A DNA stretch of 64,000 nt from Candidatus Falkowbacteria bacterium (GCA_018674305.1 JABHAL010000004.1:64446-128445), one strand, 5' to 3'. Counted from the first letter of the stretch, positions 10,217 to 20,228 are shown. The notes: generated by a model not told the origin, from the sequence alone. Translations and numbers: made by a program.

Positions 10217-10296
10217 TTAAATCTTAATTAAATTTGCTATAAATGTCAACTAAAAAGCCAGCTTGAATAATATCCAAGCTGGCTGATTGATCATTT

Positions 10297-10557
10297 TTAG
10301 AAACGACCACTTTTGGCTTCAACATCTGCTTCAATCGCAGAAATCTGTTCCTGGGTAGGTTCGGGATCTACCTGTGCTCGAGGACAACGGAATGCGACCG
10401 TCACCCCCAGCATGTCACAAAGCTCCCGCTCAACACCACTGTCTAAAATTGAAGCTCTCTTGATTGCTATTACTTTATCTCGAAAAGCCAAATTTACTCG
10501 ATTTCCAACCACTTCAAACTTGATGCAACTACCACAACCATTCCCATTACCACACAT
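10297..10557 (-). CDS. Hypothetical Cys-containing protein
   Basis: GGAGGT SD, upstream promoter, terminator ~10253-10284; N-terminal CGNGNGCGSC. Confidence 0.65.
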   Translation of the reverse strand: MCGNGNGCGSCIKFEVVGNRVNLAFRDKVIAIKRASILDSGVERELCDMLGVTVAFRCPRAQVDPEPTQEQISAIEADVEAKSGRF

Positions 10558-10795
10558 AGTGAACCTCCATAGTTATAATATACACCGACTAATTATACTA
10601 TACTATTATTATCAACTTGTCAAGACTTGACATTTTCTAAATTTAGAGTTATCATACTCTTAGTTTTATAAATTTTCAAAAGGGTCAGAAGAGCAAGAAG
10701 AGCTAGAAGGGACAGAAGGTAAGGTGGGATTACAGGAATTGTTTCCCCTTATCTTTCCTCTACCTCCTTTACCTCCTTTACCCCCTCTAATACTT

Positions 10796-11068
10796 ATGCC
10801 ACAAACTAGACAAGCAAAAAAAGCTCTTCGAAAAAGTCAGAAAAAAGCGGTAATAAATAAAGCTATCAACAGCACTGTTAAAACTTTAGTTAAAAAAAGT
10901 CGAAAAGCAGTATTAAGTAATGATGGGACAGCTGGAGAATTGATTAAAACAACTATCCAAAAAATTGATAAAGCCGCTCAAAAAGGTGTTATCAAAAAAA
11001 ATACCGCTGCCCGAAAAAAATCTCGCTTAATGAAGAGCCTAAATAAAAGCCAAGGCCCAAAAGCCTAA
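10796..11068 (+). CDS. rpsT: 30S ribosomal protein S20
   Basis: MP..RQAKKALRKS..N...IDKAAQKGVIKKNTAARKKSRL; true start at MPQ. Confidence 0.95.
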   Translation: MPQTRQAKKALRKSQKKAVINKAINSTVKTLVKKSRKAVLSNDGTAGELIKTTIQKIDKAAQKGVIKKNTAARKKSRLMKSLNKSQGPKA

Positions 11069-11159
11069 ATCTAAAATCCTCTTATGTTTTTTAATCTTGA
11101 GAGGATTTTATGATAATTTTTTAAATGATCTTCTTTCGCCCTCTTTATCTTCTTGTCCT

Positions 11160-11798
11160 ATGTCACAAAATAAAAAAACCGACCTTCTTTTAGCTATCTT
11201 CATCACAGTTTTGATCTGCGCTAATATTTTAGGTGTGAAAATTACAACCATTCTCGGTATTTCAGTTTCGGTTGGCATCTTCATGTTTCCAATAACCTTT
11301 TTAATTACAGACATTATAGAAGAAGTTCATGGTAAAGAAAAAACTAAAACTTTTATAAAAGCTGGTTCCATTGCGTTGATCATTGTCTTTGCCTACACAG
11401 CTCTTTCAATATGGCTAGGCGCAAGTGAAAGATATCCGCACGGAGAAGCTTACGCTACAATTTTTGGTAGTACTCTACGAATGCTTTTTGCAAGTTTGAT
11501 TGCCTTTTTAATTAGCCAGTATCATGATATTTGGGCATTTAATTTTTGGAAAACAAAAACCAAAGGTAAATATTTGTGGTTGAGGAATAATGCCTCAACA
11601 GTAGTCAGTCAATTACTTGATTCTACTATCTTCATGTTCATCGCCTTTTACGCAATTGCTCCGAAGTTCGATGCTTTATTTATAATTCAACTAATAATTC
11701 CTTATTGGTTATTTAAAATAGTAATCGCCGCCATTGATACTCCGTTTTGTTATCTTGGAGTTAAGTGGTTAAAAGGCACGAAATCAGGGAAGAAATAA
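11160..11798 (+). CDS. yhhQ: Queuosine precursor transporter (YhhQ/VUT family)
   Basis: ANILGVK, FPITFLITDIIEEVHG, SQYHDIWAF, WLRNNASTVVSQLLDS, DTPFCY motifs. Confidence 0.9.
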   Translation: MSQNKKTDLLLAIFITVLICANILGVKITTILGISVSVGIFMFPITFLITDIIEEVHGKEKTKTFIKAGSIALIIVFAYTALSIWLGASERYPHGEAYATIFGSTLRMLFASLIAFLISQYHDIWAFNFWKTKTKGKYLWLRNNASTVVSQLLDSTIFMFIAFYAIAPKFDALFIIQLIIPYWLFKIVIAAIDTPFCYLGVKWLKGTKSGKK

Positions 11799-11828
11799 AT
11801 CAAGGAATCACTTATTTCGGAGGAAAGC

Positions 11829-12032
11829 ATGGGAAGACTGCCAAACAAAACAACCGCTGAACTTCTTCAGCCATTAAATGTAAATCTAGGGCCAGAAGCA
11901 AAGAAATTTCTTGCAAGAACAGGGCCACCGGAATTCAAACATTGGCCGACCGAAGAACAGTTTGCAAAATTGAATATACTCTGCGACCAGGATGATCAAC
12001 GATTTTTGAAAGTAATCTCCCAGGCACAGTAA
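11829..12032 (+). CDS. Hypothetical protein
   Basis: GGAGG SD; terminator aagcgctca..tgagcgctt after stop. Confidence 0.6.
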   Translation: MGRLPNKTTAELLQPLNVNLGPEAKKFLARTGPPEFKHWPTEEQFAKLNILCDQDDQRFLKVISQAQ

Positions 12033-12093
12033 AACACAAAAGCGCTCAACTGAGCGCTTATTTTTTTAAAATTATTTTATACTAGTCTTGCTT

Positions 12094-12130
12094 GCCTGCC
12101 CCGAACCCGAGTGTAATGATTGGTGCGGGG
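12094..12130. repeat. REP-like palindrome
   Basis: GC-rich ccccgaacc...ggtgcgggg hairpin flanked by the duplicated motif actagtct(t/c)gctt. Confidence 0.5.
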
Positions 12131-12155
12131 TTTCACTTGTTTTACTAGTCTCGCT

Positions 12156-13151
12156 TCAAAGCTCAGCAATCAACAAATCAAACAGTAACTCAAAGGTAAT
12201 ATTTGTAGATTTTATCTTAATTTCAAAATCCAGTAACTGCTGATATATTTTTTTAATTTGTTCAATTGGAAAATTGCGCAGTTGACTCAAACTTTTCTTC
12301 ACTACGTAAGGATGAATTTTAAGTTGTTTGGCAATCATAGCTTCTGGTAAATTATCTTTTTCCGTAGCCTCCTTGATCTGCCAAAAAATTCTGAACTGAC
12401 GAACCAACATTGTCAACAAATATATTTCATTCGATCCGCTATCCAATTGATCTTGAAAAAGTTTTAATGCTTTTTTCTTATTCTTGGAACTAATAGCATC
12501 CATCAGTTGAAAAATGTCATCATTATACTTTCCCTTGACCATTAAATTAATATCTTCAGTGGTAACCTTTTCACCAGATTTGTAATTAGCCAACTTGTGA
12601 ATTTCTCGATCCAATTGCCAAAGGTCATTACCAATAATTGCTGCCAGTAAGTTCACTGCCTCTAGCGACAAATTGATTTCATATTGTTTAGCTTTATTCA
12701 AAATCCACTTCACTAAATTATTTTGTTTTGGTAATTGAAATTCTTCAATCTCAGCAATTGCCTTTTTGTGAAGACCTTGGATCTGTTTATAGATTTTATT
12801 TCTAGCATCAGGCTTTTCAGTTTGATAAAAAACCACAAAAAATCCTTCAGCTGGTTTTTTTAATGCACCAAGTACTAATTCCTGCACTTCCTTGTCTAAC
12901 TTGCTACCAGTTTGTAAAAAGTTTTTAAGAATAACTAACTTATTCATTCCAAACAAAGAATTGACTTGAAGTGCATTTTTTAAATCATTATTAATTTTGT
13001 CCTTTGAACCACTAGCCAATAAATCAAAAGAAAAAATATTCAAACCTGTATATTTCTTTTCAAATACCTCTCGCCAATAGACCATTCGTTGAAAAATCTC
13101 GTAATCATTCTCACCGTGCCACAAAAATAATTGTTTAGTTTTGTCTGACAT
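12156..13151 (-). CDS. holA: DNA polymerase III subunit delta
   Basis: LFLWHGEN, SLFGMNKLVILKN, GNDLWQLDREIHKL, DIFQLMDAI, HPYVVKK motifs. Confidence 0.9.
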   Translation of the reverse strand: MSDKTKQLFLWHGENDYEIFQRMVYWREVFEKKYTGLNIFSFDLLASGSKDKINNDLKNALQVNSLFGMNKLVILKNFLQTGSKLDKEVQELVLGALKKPAEGFFVVFYQTEKPDARNKIYKQIQGLHKKAIAEIEEFQLPKQNNLVKWILNKAKQYEINLSLEAVNLLAAIIGNDLWQLDREIHKLANYKSGEKVTTEDINLMVKGKYNDDIFQLMDAISSKNKKKALKLFQDQLDSGSNEIYLLTMLVRQFRIFWQIKEATEKDNLPEAMIAKQLKIHPYVVKKSLSQLRNFPIEQIKKIYQQLLDFEIKIKSTNITFELLFDLLIAEL

Positions 13152-13300
13152 ATAGTTATATACTAGCATAAAATATCAAATTCACAATATCCAATACTAA
13201 ATAACAAATTCACCTCTTGACAAACTATTACATTTATTTTAAGCTGTTTTATTGATGTTCTTTGGCAGTAAAGTAGTAACTCAACTCACGAGGTGTTCTC

Positions 13301-14014
13301 ATGAAAGACAACGGAAACAAAAACTCAGTAAGTGCTTTGATCCCAGGTGATGCGCTAAATGGTCTGGTTCAGGTAGATACCAAACCTAAGACGCTAAGTA
13401 TCATGATTCTGGATCAATCTTCCTCAATGATGCATTATGATGACACTCCACAAACATGCATTAATGGAGTCATTGAAGAATGCAAAAACCCGAAAGATGG
13501 ACGAACTCAATTTTGTACAGTGATTGCATTTGATGACGAAGCAGAGATTCTTTTGCCACTAACCCTGGCAACGGAAGTTGTTCCGATTTCTAATTATCGA
13601 GCGAAAAATATGACTCTGCTGTGGGAAACAGTTTACCAGACGCTGAAAGTCTTCCGCCACTTTTATCGACAAGCTAACGGTCTTGCTGACATCAAAGTTT
13701 ACGTGGCGGTTTTCAGTGATGGAGACGACAACAAGTCAGACCGTGAACGCCAGCCCAGAAAAGTAAAGAAGCTCGCTAGAAGTGTGCGAGCTCTGGGATG
13801 GGAACTGTTCTGTTACGGGATTGGTATCGATGGTGAAAGGCTAGCTGAAGACATGGGCTTTCCTACCGATTCAGATCACGCCATTACCGTTGAAGGCTCG
13901 CCAGAGGCCATTGCCAACGTAACCAGACACTACTCTGATGCAACAACCACTGGTTGTTTTGACCCCAACTTTTTCAAAAAAAAGCAAAAGACAACTACTC
14001 CGCAGAAACCGTAA
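13301..14014 (+). CDS. von Willebrand factor A domain protein
   Basis: MIDAS DQSSSM, MTLLWE, VFSDGDDN, YGIG; own promoter, SD and terminator. Confidence 0.8.
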   Translation: MKDNGNKNSVSALIPGDALNGLVQVDTKPKTLSIMILDQSSSMMHYDDTPQTCINGVIEECKNPKDGRTQFCTVIAFDDEAEILLPLTLATEVVPISNYRAKNMTLLWETVYQTLKVFRHFYRQANGLADIKVYVAVFSDGDDNKSDRERQPRKVKKLARSVRALGWELFCYGIGIDGERLAEDMGFPTDSDHAITVEGSPEAIANVTRHYSDATTTGCFDPNFFKKKQKTTTPQKP

Positions 14015-14124
14015 CAACTCACCCCCACAAATTCATGAATTTGTGGGGGTTTTTAATCTTGACAAAATTAAAATAATCTATTATAATCAAAAGTTCTATT
14101 TTTAACCATTTACATGGGGTTATA

Positions 14125-14229
14125 ATGAAACTGAATCTGAGCTTTCAGCGGCATGGTCTAACTCAGGTCAATCTGGCCAAGAAAAAGATCAATGCTACTC
14201 CTATGTCTGACTCCTTCCCAGGTCGCTAA
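14125..14229 (+). CDS. Putative 34-aa upstream ORF
   Basis: MKLNLSFQRHGLTQVNLAKKKINATPMSDSFPGR; stop codon sits in the loop of a hairpin that covers the next SD. Confidence 0.4.
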   Translation: MKLNLSFQRHGLTQVNLAKKKINATPMSDSFPGR

Positions 14230-14246
14230 ACCTGGAGGAGGACAAA

Positions 14247-14552
14247 ATGATCTATCGCGTACTGACAGCCAGCTTTAATGAACAGAACTATCCGTCTTAT
14301 AGCCAGCCGACATTCGGTGGCGCCTGGATGGTAGGCGGCGTATTTTGCGACGTACCTTTTCCTAACAAGAAGATTAATCCCAAGGCAAAATTCTTCTTCA
14401 CGGAAAAAGGTTGGCGAAATGGTAGAAACTATGTTTTGCAGCAGATTCGGGAGATGGGACTGACACACAAAATCATTTGTCGGAAAAACCCCAAAAGATC
14501 GGAAATCGTTTACCAGGATAAATTCCAGGTAGCGGTTCTGCCGAGAAGATAA
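14247..14552 (+). CDS. Hypothetical protein
   Basis: GGAGGAGG SD; terminator aaaacccactac..gtagtgggtttt. Confidence 0.75.
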   Translation: MIYRVLTASFNEQNYPSYSQPTFGGAWMVGGVFCDVPFPNKKINPKAKFFFTEKGWRNGRNYVLQQIREMGLTHKIICRKNPKRSEIVYQDKFQVAVLPRR

Positions 14553-14610
14553 CAAACACAAAACCCACTACAGTGTAGTGGGTTTTTTCTATACAAAATT
14601 TTTATATTTA

Positions 14611-17400
14611 TTAAAACTTAACTTTCATATCCTGCCAATTATCACCCACCTCGGTGTCAACCTTAATAGGCACACAAAGTTTGTGGATTTTTTCCATTTT
14701 TTCATCAATAATTTTTGCAACATAATCAACCATCTCTGATGGACACTCAATTACCAGTTCATCGTGAACTTGCAGTAATACTTTTACCTTTGAACTTTTA
14801 CCTTTCACCTCTTTATAAACTTCAATCATTGCTATTTTCATAAGATCAGCTGCGGTTCCCTGAATCGGGTGATTAATAGCCATTCTTTCAGCAGATGCAC
14901 GCACCTGTTGTACACCTGAATTAATTTCTGGTAAATATCTCCTACGCCCAAACATAGTTTCAACATAACCTTGATCCGAAGCGGTATCTTTCATGTTATC
15001 TAAATATTTTTTCACGCTGGCAAAAGATTTAAAATACTTTTCAATAAAATCTTGAGCTTCTGCACGGGTAATCTTTTTTCGACTGGCCAAACCCCAAGCG
15101 CCCATTCCGTAAAGAACTCCAAAATTAACTTCTTTGGCAGAGTAGCGCATCTCTTTAGTTACTTTTTCTAATTCAACACCATAAATCTTAGCTGCTGTTA
15201 CAGAGTGAATGTCTTGATCATCTTCAAAAACTTGAATCATCTTCTTATCTTTGGCTAAACAAGCGATCACTCGAAGTTCAACTTGAGAATAGTCAGCTGC
15301 TATTATTTTATTTCCTTTTTCTGCAATAAAACACTCTCGAATTTCCTTGCCAAGTTCTTTTCTAATCGGAATATTTTGTAAATTTGGACTTGAAGAAGAC
15401 AATCGCCCAGTCGCGGTAACGGTCTGATTAAAATCGGTATGAATTCTACCAGTTTTTGGTTCAATCAGCTTTGGCAGAGCTTCAATATAAGTTGATTGTA
15501 ATTTTGTCAACTCTCTATAGTCTTGAATTAATTCGATAATCGGATGACGATCTAACATTTTGTCCAATTCAGCTGCAGCTGTGGAAATTCCAGTCTTAGT
15601 TTTACTTAAACCTTCAATACTGATATCTAACTTCTCAAATAAAATTTCTTTTAATTGTTTTGGTGAGCTGATATTAAATTCCTGTCCTGCCAACTTGTGA
15701 ATTTTTTTAATTAAAGTATCAATACGAAGTTGGACTTTCTTTTGTAGCTCTGCTAAATGCTTAATATCAATTTTAATGCCGTTTAATTCCATTTCGACTA
15801 GAACTTCGATTAACGGCATTTCAATTTCTGTGAATAATTTCCAAAGTTTATTTTCTTTTAACTCTTTTTCCAAAATCCCAACCAAGCGAAAAGTATAATC
15901 AGCGTCTTCACAAGAGTAATCAGCCACTTTTTTCGGATCAACCAGGTCAAGAGTACTCTGACCCTTTCCTTTTTTACCAATCAGATCTGTAATCTTGGTC
16001 ATCTGGTATCCGAGTTCACGAAAAACCAAATCATCAAGCTTATGAGCTCTGGTACCAGGGTTCAAAAGGTAAGAACCAACCATTGTATCAAAATATACAC
16101 CTTCAGTTTCAATACCATTTTGTTTTAGAACCTTAATATCAAATTTTAAATTATGTCCTATCTTTTTCACATTTTCATCTGCAAAAATTTCTTTTAATTT
16201 TTCTAAATTCTTTTTTAATGGCTCGATATAATAAGCCTCGCCCGTTTTCCAAGAAAAGCTGATTCCTAATAATTTACATTGAAAAATATTTAACCCATCA
16301 GTCTCTGTGTCAAACACAAACAGTTTTTGTTTTTTTAATTTTCCATAGAATTCATCAAATTCTTTTTCTCCAACAACATGACAATAGTTGTGATTGCTTT
16401 TCTTGTCGTCACTCCGGACTTGCCCGCCTTGCCCGATGGCAGTCGAGGCAGGATCCGGAGTCTCTTGATCCACAGCCTGCCCTGAGCCTGTCGAAGGGCC
16501 GAAATCAGGTAGTCTATTTAACAAACTTTTGAACCCAAGCTCTTGAAAAACTTTAAAAACTTCATCTTTGTCATAAGGTGCAACTGCAGTATCATTTAAA
16601 TCAAAATCTACTTTAACATCTCGAACAATGGTTGCTAATTTTTTACTAAGGAATGCCTGTTTCTTGTTATCAATAAGTAAATTATAAATTCTCTCAGTCA
16701 CTTTTATATTATCGTAAGCTTTGGCCTCAACTTTTTCATACATTTTTTCCATTGAACCAAATTCTTTTATCAAACCAATCGCAGTTTTTTCACCAACTCC
16801 TGGAACACCTGGGATATTATCTGATGGATCACCGCGCAATCCTTTGTAATCAATAAGTTTCTCTGGCCCCAGGCCGTCATATTTTTCTTTTACACCCTTT
16901 TCATCATAAATAACTGTATCAGACATTCCCTTTCGCATTGTAAAAACTTGAGTATTGTCATCAACCAATTGCAATGCATCCATGTCACCAGTCACAATAA
17001 TCGACAAAACATCATCGCGATCAACTTGGCGCTTTTCACAAAGCGTGCCAATTACATCATCAGCCTCAAAACCAACCTTCTCATAAATTCTTATATTTAA
17101 AACATCCAGAACATCCTTAATGATCGGTATTTGTGCGTATAATTCATCAGGCTGTTTTTCCCTGTGCGCCTTGTAATCAGCAAACTCTTCGTGACGAAAT
17201 GTTTTTTCTTTGCGATCAAAAGTCACAGCAATGTACTCCGGTTTGAATTCTTTAACTGCCTTGAAAATTGTGGTAATGAAACCATAGACAGCATTTACTA
17301 ATGTGCCATCTTTTGTCATCATCGGAGGCAGAGCATGAAACGCTCGGTGGAGTACCGCATTACCGTCAACTATTATAAATTTTTTCTTTTTTTTACTCAT
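14611..17400 (-). CDS. polA: DNA polymerase I
   Basis: 5'-3' exonuclease (VDGN..HRAFHA, EADD), 3'-5' exonuclease (FDTET) and Pol A motifs (DYSQVELR, AKEVNFG, QVHDE). Confidence 0.98.
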   Translation of the reverse strand: MSKKKKKFIIVDGNAVLHRAFHALPPMMTKDGTLVNAVYGFITTIFKAVKEFKPEYIAVTFDRKEKTFRHEEFADYKAHREKQPDELYAQIPIIKDVLDVLNIRIYEKVGFEADDVIGTLCEKRQVDRDDVLSIIVTGDMDALQLVDDNTQVFTMRKGMSDTVIYDEKGVKEKYDGLGPEKLIDYKGLRGDPSDNIPGVPGVGEKTAIGLIKEFGSMEKMYEKVEAKAYDNIKVTERIYNLLIDNKKQAFLSKKLATIVRDVKVDFDLNDTAVAPYDKDEVFKVFQELGFKSLLNRLPDFGPSTGSGQAVDQETPDPASTAIGQGGQVRSDDKKSNHNYCHVVGEKEFDEFYGKLKKQKLFVFDTETDGLNIFQCKLLGISFSWKTGEAYYIEPLKKNLEKLKEIFADENVKKIGHNLKFDIKVLKQNGIETEGVYFDTMVGSYLLNPGTRAHKLDDLVFRELGYQMTKITDLIGKKGKGQSTLDLVDPKKVADYSCEDADYTFRLVGILEKELKENKLWKLFTEIEMPLIEVLVEMELNGIKIDIKHLAELQKKVQLRIDTLIKKIHKLAGQEFNISSPKQLKEILFEKLDISIEGLSKTKTGISTAAAELDKMLDRHPIIELIQDYRELTKLQSTYIEALPKLIEPKTGRIHTDFNQTVTATGRLSSSSPNLQNIPIRKELGKEIRECFIAEKGNKIIAADYSQVELRVIACLAKDKKMIQVFEDDQDIHSVTAAKIYGVELEKVTKEMRYSAKEVNFGVLYGMGAWGLASRKKITRAEAQDFIEKYFKSFASVKKYLDNMKDTASDQGYVETMFGRRRYLPEINSGVQQVRASAERMAINHPIQGTAADLMKIAMIEVYKEVKGKSSKVKVLLQVHDELVIECPSEMVDYVAKIIDEKMEKIHKLCVPIKVDTEVGDNWQDMKVKF
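16408..16499. repeat. Three stacked/nested REP-like palindromes in frame within polA
   Basis: actccgga..tccggagt split by cccgccttg..cgaggcagg, plus gcctgccctgagcctgtcgaagggc; GC-rich island in an AT-rich gene. Confidence 0.75.
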
Positions 17401-17406
17401 AATTAT

Positions 17407-18408
17407 TTAGTGACAAACATCCTGTAAATTTTTTATTTTCCAAATATTATCAAACGCTTCTTTTGCTGATAACTTTTCATACAAGACTCGATAAACTTGC
17501 TCAGTAATTGGTAAATCTAATTTCATTTTTTCATTCAACTTATAAACAGACGGTACAATATTCATAGCCTCAACCACTTTTCCATTTAAACCGTTAATTA
17601 TTTCATCAACGCTCAGCCCCTTTCCCAATTCTTGACCAAAAAATCTATTTCGACCGTGCTCAGACATGGCAGTAACTATTAAATCACCAACACCGGACAG
17701 TCCCATAAAAGTAATTGGTTTTGCCCCAAAATATTTACCAACTGAAGCCATTTCATTTAGCCCTCTAGAAATAATCGCTGACTTGGTGTTGACACCATAA
17801 CCTAATCCATCACAAAATCCAGCGGCTACAGCAATAATATTTTTTAATGCACCGCCAAGCTCTACTCCAATAATATCATCATTGCAATAAACACGAAAAT
17901 ATTCTGTTTCCAAGATTTCTTTCACCTTTACTAAACAATGTTTACTTGAATGACCAATCACCGTCTTTGACGGAATTTCTTTAGCGACCTCCCAGGCAAT
18001 GTTTGGACCAGACAAAGCAACAACTTCATGTTCCGTTCCCAATTCTTCTGTAATCACCTCGGATATTCTTTTATATGTTTCAGGTTCAAGCCCCTTTGAT
18101 AATGTAACAACAGTTAACGGCTTATCAATAAACGGTTTTATCTTTTGAATAATTGATCTAGTAAATTTAGACGGCACAGCATTAACAATAATTTCTACGT
18201 CCTTAGTCAACTCTGAAAAATCATCAACTGCAATCAAATTTTCAGGTAGATCAAACTCAGGTAAATACAAATCATTGCGATGGACAGTATTAATACTTTT
18301 AATAACTTCTGGTTCATTTGCCCAAATTTTTACTGAATAATTTTTTTTAGCCAATAGGCTTGCAATCGAAGTCCCCCAGGCCCCAGCCCCCAAAACAGCA
18401 ATATTCAT
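17407..18408 (-). CDS. gpsA: NAD(P)H-dependent glycerol-3-phosphate dehydrogenase
   Basis: GAGAWGT, LSKGLE, LSGPN, GGALKN, GLSGVGDLIVT, RNR motifs. Confidence 0.95.
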   Translation of the reverse strand: MNIAVLGAGAWGTSIASLLAKKNYSVKIWANEPEVIKSINTVHRNDLYLPEFDLPENLIAVDDFSELTKDVEIIVNAVPSKFTRSIIQKIKPFIDKPLTVVTLSKGLEPETYKRISEVITEELGTEHEVVALSGPNIAWEVAKEIPSKTVIGHSSKHCLVKVKEILETEYFRVYCNDDIIGVELGGALKNIIAVAAGFCDGLGYGVNTKSAIISRGLNEMASVGKYFGAKPITFMGLSGVGDLIVTAMSEHGRNRFFGQELGKGLSVDEIINGLNGKVVEAMNIVPSVYKLNEKMKLDLPITEQVYRVLYEKLSAKEAFDNIWKIKNLQDVCH

Positions 18409-18492
18409 AGATTTATCTTAATTATATTTAGTAAGCCCATTATATCATCTTCTCGCAAAAATAAAACCGCTCATTTTTATGAGCAGTTATTG

Positions 18493-18759
18493 TTATCCTT
18501 TTAGCCAAATGTAGCCGAAAGAGAGAATCCCCATTCCCACACTAATAATCAATAGTTCTAATTCCAGTTTTTGTTCTTCGCGGTCAAAACCACCTCTGAT
18601 CCAGATAAAAGGGTAAATTATCGCAAAACCAGCGGCAATCAGAGACACTGCCGAAAAGAAGTTAATCATATTCGCAGCACTATTTATATAACCAGAAAAA
18701 ATGAACAAGATTGTTGCCAACGCGATCGATACCTTTATAGCTTTTTTCTGTTCTAGCAT
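18493..18759 (-). CDS. Small membrane protein
   Basis: Three hydrophobic segments; GGGAGG SD. Confidence 0.7.
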   Translation of the reverse strand: MLEQKKAIKVSIALATILFIFSGYINSAANMINFFSAVSLIAAGFAIIYPFIWIRGGFDREEQKLELELLIISVGMGILSFGYIWLKG

Positions 18760-18860
18760 TAAATCCTCCCGTTTGACTAACTAATTTAGCAAACATGACC
18801 GAAACTGTCAAGATTCAATTTAAAACTCCCACCTTTTAATAAAGATAGGAGTTTGTATTG

Positions 18861-19964
18861 TTAAATGAAACCTCTTTTAAGATCTGACATGTGCTGTAAA
18901 TGTTCTTTCGAAACAAAAGTTCCTACTTGTAAATCCATCGCTAACAAAAGCTCTTTAATTTCTTTAAAACTTTTGCGACCAAGGCGTTTGATTTTCAAGA
19001 ATTCTGTTTCGGTCTTAGCAATCAACTCGCCTACATAAACAATATTAGCGTTGTACAAACAATGAGCAGATCTCACACTCATTTCTATTTCTTGAACAGG
19101 TTTTAGTAATAGTTCAATTGGTATATCTTCAGAGCCAACCATTAACCTGCGAATCCGATGAGCAGCAATAACATCATCAACATGTTTATTCATGGGCAAG
19201 ACCAACAAATCAAGCTTGCAGTTTCTAAATGCATACCACAATTTTCTTTTTGCGACTATCAAATCTCGCCTGATGCTTTGGCTACTTAATCTAAATTTCT
19301 TAGCAAGGACCTCAATCTTTTGCTTTTCTACTCCTAATCCAAAATAGGCACGTACCACAAAAGCCCTTCGTGATTCTAACAAATCAAGCGTAGCTTCAAT
19401 TTCTTCTACTGCTATTGCTGGCCAAACTGGAGTGATCCTTCTACGTTCACCATTTAAAACGTGAGCATAAAGATCTTGGTGTAAATCGCCTTCAGTATAG
19501 ATAATCCCATGACTAAGATTCACCCAGAACATTCGCCAGATATCCTCGGTTGAATCAGATGGTTGAGGTGATCCATACACAAATTTTAGCAGATCCAAAT
19601 ATGGCCGTTGTTCAACTGTACATTCAGGAAAATACAGCCTCTCCATTGTTTTAACTACGCCACGTAAATAAGGGAATAAAACATTAACTTCTAGTGCTTT
19701 TGTTAAAACCTGGAAAAGAGACTCTTCTAGCACTGTACGCTCTTTTACGAGAAACAACTTAGCAAATTCTTTGATCAAACCAATCTTCTTTTGCTGGCCT
19801 TTTGGTCGATTAGAACAATTTGCTTTTATTCCACCAATCAACCTCATATCACTAAGAATTACTAATTCATTAATGCCAGAATATTGCGACATTTCTTTAC
19901 AGCTGAATCCTAGACCCGCCAACACAACTAAAAAATCGATTCTCTGTTGTCGCCATGGTCTCAC
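18861..19964 (-). CDS. HTH + sigma70 region 4-like + RNA polymerase alpha-CTD-like protein
   Basis: C-terminal [53 protein letters not shown] is alpha-CTD-like; [33 protein letters not shown] is sigma4-like; GTG start after AAGGAGGT. Confidence 0.75.
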   Translation of the reverse strand: MRPWRQQRIDFLVVLAGLGFSCKEMSQYSGINELVILSDMRLIGGIKANCSNRPKGQQKKIGLIKEFAKLFLVKERTVLEESLFQVLTKALEVNVLFPYLRGVVKTMERLYFPECTVEQRPYLDLLKFVYGSPQPSDSTEDIWRMFWVNLSHGIIYTEGDLHQDLYAHVLNGERRRITPVWPAIAVEEIEATLDLLESRRAFVVRAYFGLGVEKQKIEVLAKKFRLSSQSIRRDLIVAKRKLWYAFRNCKLDLLVLPMNKHVDDVIAAHRIRRLMVGSEDIPIELLLKPVQEIEMSVRSAHCLYNANIVYVGELIAKTETEFLKIKRLGRKSFKEIKELLLAMDLQVGTFVSKEHLQHMSDLKRGFI

Positions 19965-20108
19965 GTGAACCTCCTTTTTCAAGCATTATTGTAAAGTTCA
20001 ATGTTAATGATTTAGTTTATATTTTTTTTTTATAACTGTCAATAAGCTTCTCTTTACTAATCTTTACATTCAAGTTCAAATTTGCTACCATTTAATTACC
20101 TATTTTAT

Positions 20109-20183
20109 GGCCTGGTCGCCAAGTGGTAAGGCAACGGTTTGCAAAACCGTCATTCACCGGTTCGAATCCGGTCCAGGCCTCCA
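20109..20183 (+). tRNA. tRNA-Cys(GCA)
   Basis: Cloverleaf GGCCTGG/CCAGGCC, anticodon loop TTGCAAA, encoded CCA, following terminator. Confidence 0.97.
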
Positions 20184-20228
20184 AACAAAAAAACTCCGAT
20201 TAACGGAGTTTTTTTGTTTTATAGTTTC

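Noticed and set aside
10724-10795. Pro-rich N-terminal extension of S20 in the ORF track
   Set aside because: Translation of the 9-mer array; S20 homology starts at MPQ (10796)
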